Below, in pieces: positions 28,200 to 37,648 of a DNA stretch of 61,749 nt. How positions within the stretch are numbered: position 1 is the stretch's first letter; every line of letters starts with the position of its first letter. The notes beneath the pieces are model-generated. The model was not told the DNA's origin. It searched no databases and saw only the letters and a program-made list of their open reading frames with translations. Origin of the DNA: Candidatus Falkowbacteria bacterium (lineage in GTDB: Bacteria > Patescibacteriota > Patescibacteriia > Patescibacteriales > UBA12465); the NCBI GenBank assembly GCA_009995495.1, contig JAACPL010000005.1:1-61749 (forward strand), given 5' to 3'. Both the position numbers and the translations under genes were made by a program.

Positions 28200-30131
28200 T
28201 TACTTGTTCTCTTCAACTTCTCCCTCAACTACTTCCTCATCTTTTTTCTCAGTTCCGGCTTCTTCCGTTTTTGCTCCATCAGCTCCAGTTCCGGCTCCAG
28301 CTTGAGCCCCTTCAGCTCCCGGAGTTGCCCCCGCTTGTTGATACATCGCGGCGCCAATTTTTTGAGCAATCGCATTTAATTCTTCCATGGTTTTTTTCAT
28401 TTCTTCAACGTTGCCTGAGTCTTTGGCTTTTTTAAGAGCCTCAGTTTTTTCTTCCATCTCTTTCTTTTCTTCCGGCTTCATCTTATCACCACTTTCTTTT
28501 AACATTTTTTCCATAGTAAATAAAACCGCTTCGGCTTGATTTTTAATTTCAACTTCACCCTTCTTCTTTTTATCTTCCTCGGCATGAAGTTCGGCTTCTT
28601 GCTTCATCTTTTCAATCTCTTCTTTAGATAAACCAGAAGAAGCGGTAATAGTAATTTTTTGTTGCTTATTAGTTGCCTTATCAGTCGCGGAAACATTTAA
28701 AATTCCGTTAGCATCAAGATCAAACTTAACCTCAACTTGAGGGACACCCCGAGGAGCAGAAGGGATTCCGTCTAGAGTAAAGTGGCCCAGAGTTTTATTA
28801 TCGCTTGCCATCGGTCTTTCGCCCTGAACCACATGAATTTCTACCGCTGTTTGGCCATCGGCGGCCGTAGAAAATACTTGAGCTTTTGAAGTCGGAATCG
28901 TTGTATTTCTTTCAATTAAAGGAGTCGCAACTCCGCCTAAAGTTTCAATCCCAAGGGTTAAAGGAGTAACGTCTAGTAATAAAACATCCTTAACATCACC
29001 TTGCAAAACTCCGGCTTGAACCGCAGCGCCTAAAGCAACAACCTCGTCTGGATTAACGGTTAAGTTTGGCTCTTTACCAAAAAACTCTTTAACCTTTTGT
29101 TTAACTAGTGGCATTCTCGTCATACCACCAACTAAAATAACTTCTTCAATATCGCTAACTTTAAAACCAGCATCAGCTAAAGATTTTTTACATGGCTCTA
29201 AAGTTTTTTCAACTAAATCGCTAACTAAAGCTTCAAGCTTAGAACGACTTAGCTTCATCACTAAATGTTTTGGTCCATTAGCGTCGGTTGTAATAAATGG
29301 TTGATTGATTTCTGTTTCTTGAGCAGTTGATAATTCAATCTTGGCTTTCTCGGCCGACTCTTTAATTCTTTGTAGGGCAAGTGAATCTTTTGATAAATCA
29401 ATGCCTTGATCTTTTTTAAACTCAGAAATTATCCAATCAATAATTCTTTGATCAAAATCTTCTCCGCCTAAGTGAGTATCGCCATTAGTTGCTTTTACCT
29501 CAACGGTATCAGCGGAAATATCCAAAACGGAGACATCAAAAGTTCCGCCTCCTAAGTCATAAACTACAACCTGTTGACCAACTTTTTTATCAAAGCCATA
29601 AGCTAAAGCCGCTGCCGTTGGCTCATTAATAATTCTTTTAACATCAAGGCCGGCAATTGTTCCCGCATCCTTAGTTGCCTGACGTTGTGAATCGTTAAAA
29701 TAAGCGGGGACGGTAATAATTGCCTCAGTAATTTTCTCACCAATTTTCGCCTCAGCATCAGCTTTTAATTTTGACAAAATCATCGCTGAAACTTCTTGCG
29801 GACTATACTCCTTATCACCTAATTTAACTTTAACTCCTTCACCGGCTTGAACAATTTTATAAGGCGAAGATTTAATATCTTTTTGCACTTCATCTTCAGA
29901 AAAATTACGACCGATTAAACGCTTAACGGCATAAACGGTATTTTCCGGATTAATAACCGCCTGTCTTTTAGCAGCTGAGCCAACAATTCTCTCATTAGCT
30001 TTTGAAATCGCGACAGTTGATGGAGTTGTTCTATTACCTTCAATGTTTTCAATGATTTTCGGAGCTCCGCCTTCCATGATTGCCATCGCAGAATTTGTTG
30101 TTCCCAAATCAATTCCTAAAATTTTTCCCAT
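28200..30131 (-). CDS. dnaK: molecular chaperone DnaK (Hsp70)
   Basis: GIDLGTTNS and DLGGGTFD motifs. The start is set at ATG 30131 ([10 protein letters not shown]). The track ORF extends to TTG 30206. Confidence 0.97.
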   Translation of the reverse strand: MGKILGIDLGTTNSAMAIMEGGAPKIIENIEGNRTTPSTVAISKANERIVGSAAKRQAVINPENTVYAVKRLIGRNFSEDEVQKDIKSSPYKIVQAGEGVKVKLGDKEYSPQEVSAMILSKLKADAEAKIGEKITEAIITVPAYFNDSQRQATKDAGTIAGLDVKRIINEPTAAALAYGFDKKVGQQVVVYDLGGGTFDVSVLDISADTVEVKATNGDTHLGGEDFDQRIIDWIISEFKKDQGIDLSKDSLALQRIKESAEKAKIELSTAQETEINQPFITTDANGPKHLVMKLSRSKLEALVSDLVEKTLEPCKKSLADAGFKVSDIEEVILVGGMTRMPLVKQKVKEFFGKEPNLTVNPDEVVALGAAVQAGVLQGDVKDVLLLDVTPLTLGIETLGGVATPLIERNTTIPTSKAQVFSTAADGQTAVEIHVVQGERPMASDNKTLGHFTLDGIPSAPRGVPQVEVKFDLDANGILNVSATDKATNKQQKITITASSGLSKEEIEKMKQEAELHAEEDKKKKGEVEIKNQAEAVLFTMEKMLKESGDKMKPEEKKEMEEKTEALKKAKDSGNVEEMKKTMEELNAIAQKIGAAMYQQAGATPGAEGAQAGAGTGADGAKTEEAGTEKKDEEVVEGEVEENK

Positions 30132-30230
30132 ATTTTTGTTTTTTAAATTATTATTATTTTCTGGATGATTCCATTTCTGGGCGCGCCTTATAGAAGACGA
30201 GCCCAAAATAAAATCATCCTAATTTTATTT

Positions 30231-30662
30231 TTATTTCTTATTTGTTTCAATTTTAATTGTCTTTGGTTTAACTTCTGGTGCTTTCGGGATAGTAATTCTT
30301 AAAATCCCATCCTCGTTTATCGCTTTGGCACTTTCGCCATCAACTTTAGTTGGTAAGGAGATTGAGCGATAAAAAGAGCCACGACGAATTTCTTTGCGAT
30401 AATAATTTTTATCATCAACCTCGCTCTTCTTTTCACTCTCGCCCTTAAGACAAAGAACATTATTTTCAATTGAGATATCAACATTTTCTGGATTTATTCC
30501 GCCGAGTTGAGTCTCAACGATAATATTATCCTTGTCTTCGTACATATCAATTGCTGGCGTAAAGCCAAATTGTTTTCCACGAACTGTTGGCAACATGGAA
30601 TTCATTGTTTCTTCCATGTCGTCAAATTCTGAAAAAAACGGGGTCCATTTTATAAGTGACAT
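30231..30662 (-). CDS. Hsp20/alpha-crystallin small heat-shock protein
   Basis: 143 aa. Alpha-crystallin domain (PAIDMYEDKDNIIVETQLGG...GILRITIPK). Confidence 0.9.
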   Translation of the reverse strand: MSLIKWTPFFSEFDDMEETMNSMLPTVRGKQFGFTPAIDMYEDKDNIIVETQLGGINPENVDISIENNVLCLKGESEKKSEVDDKNYYRKEIRRGSFYRSISLPTKVDGESAKAINEDGILRITIPKAPEVKPKTIKIETNKK

Positions 30663-30772
30663 AGATTTATGTTTCTTCTAACAAAACTTATATTTAAATA
30701 AGTAGATGTTAAAAGAGCTTAATTAATTTTATTTACTTTTTAATCGCCAGCCAAATTACTTCTTTTATGTCC

Positions 30773-30877
30773 GGGCCAAGCCAGAAAACTAATTTTCTCG
30801 CTCCTAGGCACTGACGGCCAAATGTCGCTCAAAAATTGTTTTCTGCTCTTGGCTCATTGATTAACAAGTTCCTGGCG
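30773..30877. repeat. long-hairpin intergenic element R, copy 2 (8 nt from the grpE stop codon)
   Basis: GGGCCAAGCCAGAAAAC...AATGTCGCTCAAAAATTGTTTTCTGCTCTTGGC...GTTCCTGGCG. Same architecture as copy 1, with compensated stem changes. Confidence 0.65.
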
Positions 30878-30885
30878 TCAAATAA

Positions 30886-31500
30886 CTATTCAACAATCAC
30901 CTTAGCGACCCGAATAACTTTTCCATTCAATTTATATCCGGGCATAACTTCTGATTTTACTTTCTCGCCTTCGCCAGCAATCGCTTCCATTTCGTCATGA
31001 TTAAATTTCTCGCCCTCGGTTTTTATTTCTTCAATTCCCCGATTTTCTAAAGTTTTTTTGAATTGCTTTAAAACATGGCGAACTCCCTCAACCCAAGCGC
31101 TTTTTCCTTCCTCCTCGCTTAAGCCTTTAAGCGATAATTTCAAATGGTCGTAAACTGGTAATAAATCATGAAGAAAATCTTCTAAGGCAAATTTTACAAA
31201 CTCGGTTCTCTCTTTAGCGCTCTGTTTTAATAAATTTTGATAATCAGCTAAAGCGCGTAAATATTTTTGCTCGGAACTTGCAACCTCAACTTCTCGTAAG
31301 AATTCAAAGCGTGGTTTTTTTTCTTTTTCAACTTCAACTTTCTCTAAAAAATTATTTTTCGCTCTTACCCAAATTTTTTCATCTTTTAAGGACCTATAAA
31401 TAACTTTTTCTTCTTTATTTTTCTCATCTAAAGCTTCTTCTAAAAGCTCATATTCTCCGCCTTTATAATGGCGATAAATTCCCTTTTTTAATTCACTCAT
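30886..31500 (-). CDS. grpE: nucleotide exchange factor GrpE with N-terminal DUF1653-like domain
   Basis: 204 aa. Residues ~5-65 (KGIYRHYKGGEYELL...IWVRAKNNFLEKV...PRFEFL) look like DUF1653. Residues ~75-204 have the GrpE helix and beta domain (MPGYKLNGKVIRVAKVIV). Confidence 0.85.
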   Translation of the reverse strand: MSELKKGIYRHYKGGEYELLEEALDEKNKEEKVIYRSLKDEKIWVRAKNNFLEKVEVEKEKKPRFEFLREVEVASSEQKYLRALADYQNLLKQSAKERTEFVKFALEDFLHDLLPVYDHLKLSLKGLSEEEGKSAWVEGVRHVLKQFKKTLENRGIEEIKTEGEKFNHDEMEAIAGEGEKVKSEVMPGYKLNGKVIRVAKVIVE

Positions 31501-31519
31501 ATTTAATCATTAATAAATA

Positions 31520-32212
31520 TTATTTAAATTTGTTTTTAATAAACTCAACTAAAGCCAAATTTTTTTCATAGTCCATCCGCATCGGTCCAATTATTCCAAA
31601 AATTCCTGCTTGTTTATTATTTTTATATTTTAATAAAACTGTACTTAAAAAATTTCCGAAAGGATTGTCGCTACCGATAAAAACCTGTCGTCCATCTTCT
31701 AAATCTTCAAAGGATTCATCAATTATTTCTTCCAGCCTATCAATCACCCCGGAAAAATCGCAAACCATATCAAGTTGCTTAAATTCTGGCTGGCTAAATA
31801 AATTTGATAAGCCGGTATAGTAAAGATCATTTTTATGAAAGGCCCAAAAGACCGCCGATTTAGAAAGCTCGGCAATCGCCTTGGCGGTTTTTTTATAAGA
31901 ACTTTCATCGTGAGCAAATAAAGTTTCTAAAACCTTTAGCTCTGAATCTTTCAAACTTTTATTTTTAGTGGACTCTGACAAATCGCTTAAAAAAAGTTTA
32001 TAAGCACCTTCAGTCGGAACGCGACCAGCGGAGGTGTGCGGTTGGTAAATATAACTTTCTTCCTCAAGCTCCATCATTTCATTTCTAACTGTTGCCGGAG
32101 AAAAATTAAGTTTATATTTTTTAACAAGAGAACCAGAAGAAACTGGAGTCGCGGTTTGCAAATACTCCTTAATAATAATCTCTAGCAAATTTTTTTTTCG
32201 TTCCGAAATCAT
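31520..32212 (-). CDS. hrcA: heat-inducible transcription repressor HrcA (short form)
   Basis: 230 aa. N-terminal wHTH PVSSGSLVKKY...SPATVRNEMMELEEESYIYQPHTSAGRVPT. About 100 aa shorter than typical HrcA. Confidence 0.85.
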   Translation of the reverse strand: MISERKKNLLEIIIKEYLQTATPVSSGSLVKKYKLNFSPATVRNEMMELEEESYIYQPHTSAGRVPTEGAYKLFLSDLSESTKNKSLKDSELKVLETLFAHDESSYKKTAKAIAELSKSAVFWAFHKNDLYYTGLSNLFSQPEFKQLDMVCDFSGVIDRLEEIIDESFEDLEDGRQVFIGSDNPFGNFLSTVLLKYKNNKQAGIFGIIGPMRMDYEKNLALVEFIKNKFK

Positions 32213-32256
32213 TTTTTTTAATTTTAAATCAGAGTTAAAAAAAGACTTACAACTAT

Positions 32257-32285
32257 ATTATAGAGCGAGTTAGCAGTCGTGTCAA
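32257..32285 (-). promoter_or_regulatory. sigma70-type promoter of hrcA-grpE
   Basis: Minus strand reads TTGACA (32280..32285)-17 nt-TATAAT (32257..32262). The -35 lies inside the CIRCE spacer. Confidence 0.6.
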
Positions 32286-32296
32286 GAGAGTGCTAA
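32270..32296. promoter_or_regulatory. CIRCE operator (HrcA binding site)
   Basis: TTAGCAGTC-N9-GAGTGCTAA, one mismatch to the consensus TTAGCACTC-N9-GAGTGCTAA. Confidence 0.8.
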
Positions 32297-32809
32297 TTAT
32301 TCCATCCCCAACTTAGCCTTAGCTTTTAAATTTCTCTCCCATTGCGCCGGACTTAAAAGCTCTGGCGCCGAGAAATTTTTTGAGGCCCGATAAATAATTG
32401 AATAGTTTTTTGGCGGGAAATTATTAATATAAGAATCAGAAATTAAATGAACAAAACCGGCGAAAGCTAAAGTGATTAAAAAAAATGAAAAAGCCTCTTT
32501 TTTTCTTAAGAAATAAGCTAAAAAAATTAAAAGTGGAAAGTATTCATAGCCGTGGAAAATAAGCCAAATTTTATCGCTAGTTAAAAATTGTAAACCATTA
32601 AAAAAATCAGTTAAATTAAATTTCAAACCAAAAACAAAAAAGTATTCTAAAACATGATCTAGATCAATTAAAAATCCCCCTAAAATTCCAGCAATTAAAC
32701 CAAGGCGAATTCTTTTAAAAATCAACCCAAAAACTAGACCGCTTAAAAGCGCCATAAAAAAATGAATAGAAAGATGTAGTGGTAAAGATAAGTCTAGTTC
32801 AAAGCCCAT
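32297..32809 (-). CDS. polytopic membrane protein, YdjM/DUF457-like putative metal-dependent hydrolase
   Basis: 170 aa, 4-5 TM helices. His/Asp motifs LIDLDHVLEY and VHLISDSY. Confidence 0.4.
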   Translation of the reverse strand: MGFELDLSLPLHLSIHFFMALLSGLVFGLIFKRIRLGLIAGILGGFLIDLDHVLEYFFVFGLKFNLTDFFNGLQFLTSDKIWLIFHGYEYFPLLIFLAYFLRKKEAFSFFLITLAFAGFVHLISDSYINNFPPKNYSIIYRASKNFSAPELLSPAQWERNLKAKAKLGME

Positions 32810-32829
32810 ATAAATATAGTTTATCTAAA

Positions 32830-34956
32830 TTATTCTGACTCAGATAAATTCTCATTATTAACTAAGGAATCTTCAAAATACCATTTTAAAAGGTCAAAGG
32901 CAATCGGCGTCGCAACCGAACTACCCTCGCCGCCCTCTTCAACTAAAATCGCAAAAGCAATTTCCGGATTTTCATAAGGGGCAAAACCAATATACCAAGC
33001 ATGAGTATTTTTAACACTAGACCATTGAGCGGTGCCTGTTTTTCCAGCTGAAGAAAAAGGTAAATAATCAAGTAGGCGGGCGCTGCCATAAGTAACCGCA
33101 TCTCTCATTCCCTCTCTCACAATATTTAATTTATCACTGGCAATAAAGTTTTGACGAATAATTTTTGGTTCTATTTTTTTCATTATTTCGCCACCCTCAA
33201 CAAAAATCTCGGTGGCTAAATGTGGCTCATATAAAGTTCCACCATTAGCAATAGCCGCCGTATAATTTGCCACCTGGATGGGCGTGGCTAAAAGATAACC
33301 CTGACCAATAGAAAAATGATAAGTATCACCAATATACCAGGGCTCATCAACTCTCTCTCTTTTCCATTCTTGATTAGGAACTAAACCGGCAACTTCCCCT
33401 GGTAAATCAACACCAGTTTTCTCACCGAGTCCAAAAAGCTTAGAATATTTTATTAAACCATCTAATCCAAGTCCCTTAAAATCGCCATAACCTCCGCCAA
33501 TATAATAGAAAAAAGTATTGACCGACCAAGCTAAAGCATTTTTTACATTGACATTACCGTGCCCTCCAGCTTTCCAGTCGGGAAAAAACCACTGGCTAAT
33601 TCTAATTCCGCCCGTGCTTAAAAAACTAGTCGCTGAATTAATTAAATTCTCCTCTAAGGCTCCAGCAGCAAAAATTGGTTTAACAGTTGAGCCTGCCGGA
33701 AATTCTCCAGCAATCGCTCGATTAAGTAGAGGTCTGTCTGAATTATTAATTAAGACATCGTAATTTGTTTGACTAATACCACCTGAAAATAAATTATTAT
33801 TGTAAGCCGGCAAAGAAACAAGGGCTAAAATAGAACCGTCTCGAGGATCAATCGCAACTAAAGAAGCTCTAGTTTTTTTATTTTTATCTAAATATTCTTT
33901 TAATATTTCTTCGGCTTTAAGTTGCAAATCTAAGTCTAAAGTTAAACGCACATTATAACCATCACGAACCGGAACTTCATTAACAATTTTTTTCTGGCGA
34001 CCAAGAGCGTCAACTTCAACATTTTTTTTACCCGCTAAACCCTTTAAGTCAGATTCATAAACATATTCAATCCCAGTTTTGCCAAGATAATCAATTAAGG
34101 AATAATTTGAGCCATAAGCTTTAAGCTCTTTATCATTAATTTTCCCAGTATAGCCAAGTATATGAGCTAAAGAGCTCTCGCCTAAAATTTGAAAACTTTT
34201 ATCAGCTTCAGTCGTTGGTATGACATATTCACGACCAGTCTTATTAGAAACTAAAACTCCGGGCCAATCACTAGCTTTTAAACTAATGAATAAGGCTGTT
34301 TCATAATCAAGCTTATCAGCCACAAATAATGGTTGATATGATTCAAGGGAGCCAATTATAACTCGTGAAAGTTTTTCTTTAATTTCATAAAAACCGGCTA
34401 AATCAGCAACTAAATCAAGGCCCGATGGCTCCAGGGTGTAAAGATCATCGGTATCTTCAAGGTTACCGGAAGAAATAATGACAATTTTTCTTAAAAGAGC
34501 ATCGCGCTCAAGCTCGTCTCTTGGCAAATCAATCGGTCTTAAATACAAAACAAAATTTGCACTATTTCTAACTAAGGGACGAAGCTCTTTATCATAAATA
34601 ATACCTCGCTTGGGTTCAATATTAATTGAGCGCAAACGATTGCCTTCGGCCAGAAGCGCATACTGATCATTTTTTAAAACTTGTAATAAAAAAGCTCTCC
34701 CTAAAAGTAAGAAAAATCCAAAAATAAAAACTAAGAAAAAATATTTTAAATTATTGTAGTCAAAAGAATGACTCAAAGCTTCTTTATTGCCAGTATTTTG
34801 CAAAAACGACTCTTCGGTCCAATCAGAATAATAAACCGAGTCTTTTAAATTTTTATAATCAAATTTCCCTTCTTGAATAACAAAAGGATCGCTCCGTCTA
34901 TCAGAAAGAGATTCAATCATTTCCCGTCGTTTTTGAGAAGAAAAATAATTTTTCAT
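32830..34956 (-). CDS. mrdA: penicillin-binding protein 2 (class B transpeptidase)
   Basis: 708 aa. N-terminal TM and dimerisation domain. SxxK in AGSTVKP and KTG in AGKTGTAQ. Confidence 0.85.
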   Translation of the reverse strand: MKNYFSSQKRREMIESLSDRRSDPFVIQEGKFDYKNLKDSVYYSDWTEESFLQNTGNKEALSHSFDYNNLKYFFLVFIFGFFLLLGRAFLLQVLKNDQYALLAEGNRLRSINIEPKRGIIYDKELRPLVRNSANFVLYLRPIDLPRDELERDALLRKIVIISSGNLEDTDDLYTLEPSGLDLVADLAGFYEIKEKLSRVIIGSLESYQPLFVADKLDYETALFISLKASDWPGVLVSNKTGREYVIPTTEADKSFQILGESSLAHILGYTGKINDKELKAYGSNYSLIDYLGKTGIEYVYESDLKGLAGKKNVEVDALGRQKKIVNEVPVRDGYNVRLTLDLDLQLKAEEILKEYLDKNKKTRASLVAIDPRDGSILALVSLPAYNNNLFSGGISQTNYDVLINNSDRPLLNRAIAGEFPAGSTVKPIFAAGALEENLINSATSFLSTGGIRISQWFFPDWKAGGHGNVNVKNALAWSVNTFFYYIGGGYGDFKGLGLDGLIKYSKLFGLGEKTGVDLPGEVAGLVPNQEWKRERVDEPWYIGDTYHFSIGQGYLLATPIQVANYTAAIANGGTLYEPHLATEIFVEGGEIMKKIEPKIIRQNFIASDKLNIVREGMRDAVTYGSARLLDYLPFSSAGKTGTAQWSSVKNTHAWYIGFAPYENPEIAFAILVEEGGEGSSVATPIAFDLLKWYFEDSLVNNENLSESE

Positions 34957-35025
34957 GGCGCTAATTATTATTATGGGCTAATAATATCTTAACTTGTGCC
35001 AGTTTTTATAGCAAGGCTCTGGTTT

Positions 35026-35835
35026 TTAAGTAAAAGTTTTTTTATAAAAAACCGCTAAAGCAAAAAATAAAGCATTAACCATCACAATGGTCGCTCCAGT
35101 TGGCAAGTCAAGAAAAAAAGAAAAACTAATTCCAAATAAAACCGAAATTAAAGCTGTTAAACCACCAATTAAAATTGCTTTTTTGAAACTTGAGGAAAGT
35201 TGAAGAGCGGTCGCCGCTGGCAAAATCAAAAGAGCGGACACAAGCATAACCCCAACCATCTTAACCGACAAGACCACGGTAACGGCAGTAAGTAGTGTAA
35301 TAATTGTATTAATTGAATTAGTCTTTACTCCAGTTGTCTTCGCATACTCCTCATCAAAAGTCGCCGAAAATAAATCCCAATAGAAAAAATAAATTATTAA
35401 TAAAACGATAAGGGAAAGAATAACGGATAAAATTACTTCAATATTACTAATCGCTAAAATATTACCAAAAAGGTAACTAAAAAGATCAACATTAAAACCT
35501 TTAGAAACGCTAGCTAAAATAACCCCACCAGCAATACCAATAGCCGAAACAATGCCAATCGCGGCGTCGCCATAAACTTTAGCTTTCTCGCTAATTTTTA
35601 AAATAAGTAGTGAGGCCAACATCACAACAGGGATTGCCATATAAAAAGGATAAAATCCAAGAAAAAGCGCTAAAGCAATTGCTCCAAAACTAACATGCGA
35701 TAAACCGTCACCAATCAAAGACATTTTTTTCAAAACCAAAAATAAACCAAGAGCGGAACAAGTAATTGCGACAAAAGCTCCAGCAAAAAATGCCTTTTGA
35801 ATAAATGAATATTGTAAAAAATTAATAAATTCCAT
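35026..35835 (-). CDS. znuB: metal (Zn/Mn) ABC transporter permease
   Basis: 269 aa. ABC-3 family polytopic protein downstream of the ATPase and the SBP. Confidence 0.8.
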   Translation of the reverse strand: MEFINFLQYSFIQKAFFAGAFVAITCSALGLFLVLKKMSLIGDGLSHVSFGAIALALFLGFYPFYMAIPVVMLASLLILKISEKAKVYGDAAIGIVSAIGIAGGVILASVSKGFNVDLFSYLFGNILAISNIEVILSVILSLIVLLIIYFFYWDLFSATFDEEYAKTTGVKTNSINTIITLLTAVTVVLSVKMVGVMLVSALLILPAATALQLSSSFKKAILIGGLTALISVLFGISFSFFLDLPTGATIVMVNALFFALAVFYKKTFT

Positions 35836-35850
35836 ATTAGTCTTATTGAC

Positions 35851-36618
35851 TTAGTTGTGTTGATGACAAATTATATGCTGTTCATATTTACCAAAATAAG
35901 AATTCATCTTCGCCGATCGGCAGAAATCAGAGAACTTACCAAAATAAATTAATTCCTTATCAACATAAAGAAATTTATTAGCATATTTACCGATATAACT
36001 GGTGTCATGGGTAATTAAAAGAATAGCAATTCCCTTTTTCTCGTTTAATTTTTTAATTAACTTAAAAAAAGATTCCCTTGATTCCGGATCAAGCGCGGTT
36101 GAAGGCTCATCAAAAATCAAAATCTCTGGACTAGACACAAGAGCGCGAGCTAAAAAAACTTTTTGCTGTTGTCCACCAGAAAGCTCGGAAAGCATTCTCT
36201 TTTTTAAATCACTAATTCCTAATTCTTCTAAAATTGCCCCAACTTTTTTCTGATCATTCTTTGTTATTCTTTTTGGCAAAGTTTTTCCTGATAAAAGACC
36301 AAGGGCAACAACTTCGTTAACCGTCGCCGGGAATAAAGAATTTATTGTTGCTAATTTTTGAGGTAAGTAACCAATTTTAGACCAATCAGAAAAATTTTTT
36401 TGTTGTTTATCAAAAAGTTCTATTTCACCTTTTGTAATTGGCAAAAGCCCAAGAATAACTTTAATTAAAGTTGTCTTTCCAGCTCCATTTGGTCCAGCTA
36501 AGCCAATAAAATCACCTGACTCAACCGCAAAAGAAATATCTTTTAAGATTTCAGTTTGACCATAGTTAAATGATAAGTTCTTTATTGTTATAATTGTTGG
36601 CATAATTATTTTAAACAC
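35851..36618 (-). CDS. znuC: metal ABC transporter ATP-binding protein
   Basis: Walker A GPNGAGKTT, signature LSGGQQQ, Walker B ILIFDEP. Confidence 0.85.
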   Translation of the reverse strand: MFKIIMPTIITIKNLSFNYGQTEILKDISFAVESGDFIGLAGPNGAGKTTLIKVILGLLPITKGEIELFDKQQKNFSDWSKIGYLPQKLATINSLFPATVNEVVALGLLSGKTLPKRITKNDQKKVGAILEELGISDLKKRMLSELSGGQQQKVFLARALVSSPEILIFDEPSTALDPESRESFFKLIKKLNEKKGIAILLITHDTSYIGKYANKFLYVDKELIYFGKFSDFCRSAKMNSYFGKYEQHIICHQHN

Positions 36619-36622
36619 AATA

Positions 36623-37648
36623 TTATTTTAACTCACAATTAAGCCCGACACTCAAATTTTCTAAATTATTTTCCATAATTAAAATAAAAGTTAAACCAGC
36701 TTGATAGTCGTCTTTACTTAAATTATGGGCGGCGTTTAGTAATAATAATTTTGTCTTGGTTTCACGAGCTAAAGTCTCGGCAATTTTTGGACTTAATAAT
36801 TCTTCGTAAAAAACATATTTAACATCATTCGCTTTAATTTCCTCAATCAAATAAATTAAATCATTTGCACTAGGTTCGGAGTTAGGAGCGAAGCCTTGGG
36901 CGGATTGATAATTTAAATCATAGCGCTTGGCTAAATAACCAAAAGTATAATGTCCACCATAAATAATTTCCCGACTTTCACAATTTTCAAGCGTCGTTTG
37001 ATAAGAATTATCAAGGGCAGTTAATTTCGCGAGATAGTTTTCTAAATTTGCTTGATAATAGCTAGCGTTTTCCGTATCAATTTGGATTAAAGCTTGAGCA
37101 ATAGTTGTTGCTATAGTTTTAGCATTATCAAAATCAAGCCAAATGTGGGGATCTAGCTGACGGTCGTTCTTAGATGGTTCCTGCGCCTCCCCTTCTTTAT
37201 ATAATTCTTCTTGTTCATCCTTATTTACTTCATCATCTTCATCATCGTGCTTTAGCTCTTCTATCATCTCAATACCAAAACTAGTATCAATAACTTTAAC
37301 TTCGCCACTTAAACCTCTACTAATATCCCTAGCCCAAGGCTCCATAAGTTCACCACTATAAAGAAAGATATCAGCTTTATTAATTTTAATAATATCACTT
37401 GGCTTCGGTTCAAAACTATGAGCTTCAAGTCCTGGCGGAAGAAGAAGGGTAACGGAAACTTTGTCGCCGCCAATTTCTTTAGCAAAGTCATAAATTGGAA
37501 ATAGAGTGCTAACAATTGAAATTTTTTCAAAATTATTTCCATTCACTTCCTTGGCTTTGTCCCTGTCTTTAGCTAGTTCTTGAGAAATTATAAAAATTCC
37601 TCCAACTAAAATCACAGCAACTAAAATAATAAACAAAAATTTTTTCAT
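36623..37648 (-). CDS. znuA: metal ABC transporter substrate-binding protein (ZnuA-like, acidic loop)
   Basis: Cluster-9 SBP fold with the charged loop HDDEDDEVNKDEQEE. Start chosen at MKKFLFI, which forms an ATGA overlap with the zur stop. Confidence 0.8.
   Translation of the reverse strand: MKKFLFIILVAVILVGGIFIISQELAKDRDKAKEVNGNNFEKISIVSTLFPIYDFAKEIGGDKVSVTLLLPPGLEAHSFEPKPSDIIKINKADIFLYSGELMEPWARDISRGLSGEVKVIDTSFGIEMIEELKHDDEDDEVNKDEQEELYKEGEAQEPSKNDRQLDPHIWLDFDNAKTIATTIAQALIQIDTENASYYQANLENYLAKLTALDNSYQTTLENCESREIIYGGHYTFGYLAKRYDLNYQSAQGFAPNSEPSANDLIYLIEEIKANDVKYVFYEELLSPKIAETLARETKTKLLLLNAAHNLSKDDYQAGLTFILIMENNLENLSVGLNCELK

Noticed and set aside
28130-28435. 101-aa plus-strand ORF antisense to the dnaK 3' end and the dnaJ start
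   Set aside because: It is a shadow ORF on the opposite strand of a highly conserved gene, and its product is low-complexity (LQL/LPQ repeats). The same reasoning applies to the other overlapping track ORFs: 3090, 4472, 4975, 8137, 9596, 12437, 20545, 22008, 24513, 25674, 26531, 29915, 33518, 36002, 37309, 38554, 42431, 47052, 47130, 48225, 48292, 49641, 52765, 56388 and 61395.
30132-30206. 25-codon N-terminal extension of dnaK starting at TTG 30206
   Set aside because: The extension ([24 protein letters not shown]) is unlike any Hsp70 N-terminus and covers a structured spacer. The canonical [14 protein letters not shown] start is at ATG 30131.
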